NCBI RefSeq assembly: GCF_006345805.1
Contig: NC_042998.1
Location: 164,114,001 to 164,178,000 of the forward strand
Reading direction: 5' to 3'
Length of the DNA: 64,000 nucleotides
Source of the DNA: Octopus sinensis
Lineage: Eukaryota
A program made the position numbers and the translations under genes. Shown here piece after piece: positions 63,882 through 64,000 of this stretch (its first letter is position 1; each line of letters opens with the position of its first letter). The notes under the pieces are model-generated. The model was not told the origin of the DNA and made no database searches. It worked only from the letters and a program-made list of their open reading frames with translations.

Positions 63882-64000
63882 CTAGCAGTATCGCTCGGCG
63901 TTGCTCAGGTTTGTAAGGGAAATAACTATAAAGCATTTTTAGAGAGTTATAGCCAAAAAATAGCAAAAAAATGGAAAAAAAAATTTTGAGAGTTAAGAAA
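63882..64000 (-). mobile_element. Helitron-like 3' end (element continues beyond the window)
   Basis: The minus strand ends CCTGAGCAACGCCGAGCGATACTGCTAG|T: a subterminal GC-rich motif plus terminal CTAG before a T, inside (TA)n. Confidence 0.75.

Overview
No intact cellular gene could be supported in this window. It is AT-rich, microsatellite-saturated animal DNA, either intergenic or a very large intron. The SINE families and the (CA)/(TA)/(GATA)/(CATA) density look like an Octopus (cephalopod) genome; this is inference from recalled repeat families, not from a search. Most recognisable sequence is mobile-element derived. It includes at least four tRNA-head SINE families (dozens of copies, several with TSDs, nested or multimeric), a mariner DD34D relic, three hAT/Buster-type relics, three Helitron-like pieces, two R4/Dong-type RLE LINE 3' portions, a 5'-truncated RTE LINE with an open C-terminal frame ending in three C2H2-type fingers, and many Penelope-like element (PLE) pieces (RT + GIY-YIG). 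The best leads are: degenerate minimal hammerhead-ribozyme folds in PLE 3' fragments; fold-back hairpins at PLE junctions; an RT-less PLE with an inverted copy of its own start; the triple-zinc-finger RTE nested in a SINE; a SINE trimer bracketed by one TSD; a 1.2 kb inverted duplication; a near-perfect 200 bp local duplication; and a Q-rich coding-like island near 53.4 kb. Almost all ORFs in the supplied track are microsatellite translations. Coordinates and identities were read by eye and may be off by a few bases.
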